Assembly (NCBI RefSeq): GCF_004010195.1
Contig: NC_057749.1
Span: forward strand, 7,877,901-7,941,900
Reading direction: 5' to 3'
From: Chiloscyllium plagiosum
Taxonomy: Eukaryota
DNA length: 64,000 bases
Part shown: in pieces, positions 61,178-64,000 of the stretch
Layout: each line of letters opens with the position of its first letter
Numbering within the stretch: position 1 is the stretch's first letter
Program-made: the position numbers and the translations under genes
The notes under the pieces: generated by a model
The model's input: only the letters and a program-made list of their open reading frames with translations
What the model was told of the DNA's origin: nothing
The model's database searches: none

Positions 61178-61495
61178 ATTGAATCCCTACACTGTGAAAG
61201 TAGGCCATTCAGCCCATCAAGTCCACACCAACCCTCTAAAGAGCATTCTACCCAGACCCACCTCCCTACCCTATCCCTGTAACCCTGCATGTCCCGTGGC
61301 CAATCCACCCATCCTGCACACAATGGGCAATTTAGCACGGCCAATTCACCTAACCTGTACAACTTTGGGCTGTGGGATGAAACCCACACAGATACGGGGA
61401 GATTGTGCAAACCCCACACAGACAGTCACCCGAGAGTGGTATCAAACCAAGATCCCTGGCACTGTGAGGCAGTACCACTAACCACTGAGCCACTG
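61178..61495 (-). mobile_element. HE1-type SINE (older); an internally deleted + strand copy lies at 61803-61885
   Basis: gggcaatttagcacggccaattcacctaacctg...; tRNA head at the right end. Confidence 0.85.
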
Positions 61496-63660
61496 CTCAG
61501 GATGGCAGGATGCCATGATACTGTTATGGTACAATGTGATGCAGCTTGACAACATATTTACATTTGAGAATTTGTGTTCGAAGTTAGACGAAAAATTCAT
61601 TTTAGCTTTCAGTTCTGTGAGGGTCTGACTTGTGTTCTTTTTAAAGGTCAGAAAGTATATTTTAACATTCAGTTTAAAACAGCATCTATGATAAGTCATG
61701 TGGTTTCAATTAAATAATTAGCAGCTCACCCAGGGAGATAATGGTTTGTGTGCTTGCATGCTTGGGTTTTAGAGAGATAGAGAACAATCCTCTGTTGTTA
61801 GTGGGTGGCACATTGGCACAGTGGTTAGCACTGCTGCCTCACAGCGCCAGAGACCCGGGTTCAAGTAATCTAATCTAATCTAATCTTTCAGTTTTCAGTC
61901 TGAGCTGGGGAGAATTTCTGAAAGGCTTGGAAAGCAGGGAAAAGGTCCAGAAGCAGACGTCTGTGGAGATGTCAGATAGGGGGGCACTTTACAAGGCTGT
62001 TGAAGGTATGGGTTTAGGAAACCATGTTAAGGAGTAATAGTGAGCTGAATTAGTATTTATTTCAAAAGTCTTGAGGGGAGACATTAATCAAAGAAAAATA
62101 GTATCAAAAGAATGCACAGAAAATTACTGAAAGAAACTGGTTATAGCCATGCCAACTAAGCAAGGAACTTTCAAATAAAAGCAAAACACTGCAAATGCTG
62201 GAAATTTGAAGCAAATAGAAATTGTGGAGCAATTGAGCAATTAAGGCAGCAAATGACCCTGCTGAGTTTTTCCAGCATTTTCTGTGTTTAAAACAAACAA
62301 CTTCAATATGGAGGTGAGGCAACCCTTCATTGACGTTTGAATGTTTGTAAAGATATCTTTCAGATAAAAAGGACAAATTCTGGACTCTTTCTTTCTGATG
62401 TTTGGAATGAGATCCTTCCAATAGTTTTTATATCTTGAGGTATACTTTGTGCTTTTCGTTTGTGCAGTACACTTTTATGTTCTTTTGCTAAAAGTACATT
62501 GGCAGCCTCTTGTGAACATGTCTTGCCACCTTTCACTCTGGGATTTGACTTGGCCAGTGTTATCTTCACATAAGATCACAACAACAAGATGAACTAAATC
62601 TGCCTGAAATTGCTATACATTACCCTGCAATACTTCAATTCTTGCATCAGACAAGCTAAGAATGCTTTTCCAAGTTGAGTTGGAGGGGAGACCAATCTTG
62701 AATTGGGGTCAGGAAGACTTTCTTTACAGAAAAAGAGGCCATTCCAAGTTGGAGTAATGGAGTTGCAAGCATCAGATTCATTCAGTTTGTGGAATTAATT
62801 AGCTCCTTTCAGCTTTCTTCCTGGATGTTTGGATTCTGAAGGTTAAATAGTTTTCTCATTTGTATGCATTCCCTGGTCTAACAAACAGCAAAAAAGGAAG
62901 CTATCACCTTTTATTCCCTTTGACATGTTTGAGTGCCATGGTTAAATATGAACAAATATTCAAATCTCTGGCCTGTGCTGCTTGAATCTTTCTGTATGGT
63001 CCAATGTATATCAGACTCAAAATCAACTTGACACATCATATTTTTCCCTTTTCTTATTTAGTAAAGAGTGTTGCGATCTTCTACTTTTCACCAATATTTC
63101 AATCATATAACAAAGACTGATAAACAGTAATGCCAATTGTTTTATGTGAAGATAGATGTAATATTAATTGAAGGTATCTAGGCATGGCTGACTTCTTTGA
63201 GTGCTGCTCTGTTCTGGGGCAGAGTCATGGGAGTATTCATATCTTACCTCAAAGTGTGTTATAGCAGTTTAAGGTATGCTTCATAAAGATGCATGACAAG
63301 AAACAATTCTACCTGCTGGAAATACCTGCCAGATGTATGGTCGTGGACAAGATCAAGTTTATCAGCCACACAAGGACCCACAGAATCCACAACCAATGAC
63401 AGAATTTCCAAGGTGGACAATCATTGATTGACAATGACATAAGGTACATGCACGTCAAATTGCAACATTAGGCATGAAATTGGCCATGTGCAGTGACAAT
63501 ATTGGACTTGTTTTGGCACCCATAATATATCACTATTTCACTGAAATCAAAAGACATGACTCTGGGCCAGAATGTGTAACAAGCATTCTGTACGAGACAG
63601 CATTCATATCCATATCTAATTTCACCCCAATACAGATCTACATTGTGTCCTATTACAGGT

Positions 63661-63900
63661 AAGAGAAAGTGAGGACTGCAGATGCTGGAGATCAGAGTCA
63701 AAACATGTGGTTCTGGAAAACCACATCTGGTTAGGCAGCATCTGAGGACCAGGAGAGTCAATGTCTCGAACATAAGCTCTTCATCAGGGATGAAGAAGCT
63801 CTTCATTCCTGATGAAGAGCTTATGCTTGAAAAGTTGACTCTCCTGCTCCTCATTGCTGCCTAAATGGATGCTCTTTAAAGTGCCACACTTTTTGACTCC
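63661..63900. mobile_element. Fold-back PLE pseudo-LTR insertion (family A)
   Basis: ...gctcttcatcagggatgaag aagct cttcattcctgatgaagagc...; inverted arms with decayed HHRs. Confidence 0.8.
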
Positions 63901-64000
63901 TTTACATGCAGAAGAGAAAAGGCCAATGAAGTGACAGGAAACATCGACAATAAAGCAATATTAGATAATGAGAGACAATCTGACAATCTGCAAAGGAGAT

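Noticed and set aside
61522..62585. Possible solo LTR (tgttatgg...cacaaca)
   Set aside because: No matching TSD found, so boundaries are unsupported

Overview
Eukaryotic, repeat-saturated DNA with no host protein-coding gene that I can support. The repeats indicate a cartilaginous fish, most likely a shark (inference). They include HE1-type tRNA/V-domain SINEs, CR1 (HER1-like) LINE fragments, Rex1/Babar and Tx1 3' ends, an RTE-X-like LINE, Deu-type SINE remnants, solo LTRs and Penelope-like elements (PLEs). The first 10.5 kb holds a 32-bp satellite with an internal inversion and higher-order periodicity, and a G-rich 29-bp minisatellite; assembly gaps interrupt both. The strongest hidden signal is about 20 minimal type-I hammerhead-ribozyme (HHR) motifs in at least five sequence families, of the form CUGANGA / helix II / GAAA + palindromic ACGU or AGCU / NUH. 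They sit directly behind PLE GIY-YIG endonuclease remnants or in short TSD-flanked insertions, many of which are fold-backs carrying an HHR on both strands. One HHR has a compensated U3-A8 core, 5' breakpoints cluster at the ribozyme, and one copy seems to have hopped 1.7 kb carrying flanking DNA. PLE-associated minimal HHRs are a known class, so novelty would lie in these specific families and behaviours; I cannot check that without searches. Most ORFs in the track are repeat artefacts. Boundaries of old elements are approximate; TSD-defined ones were read directly.
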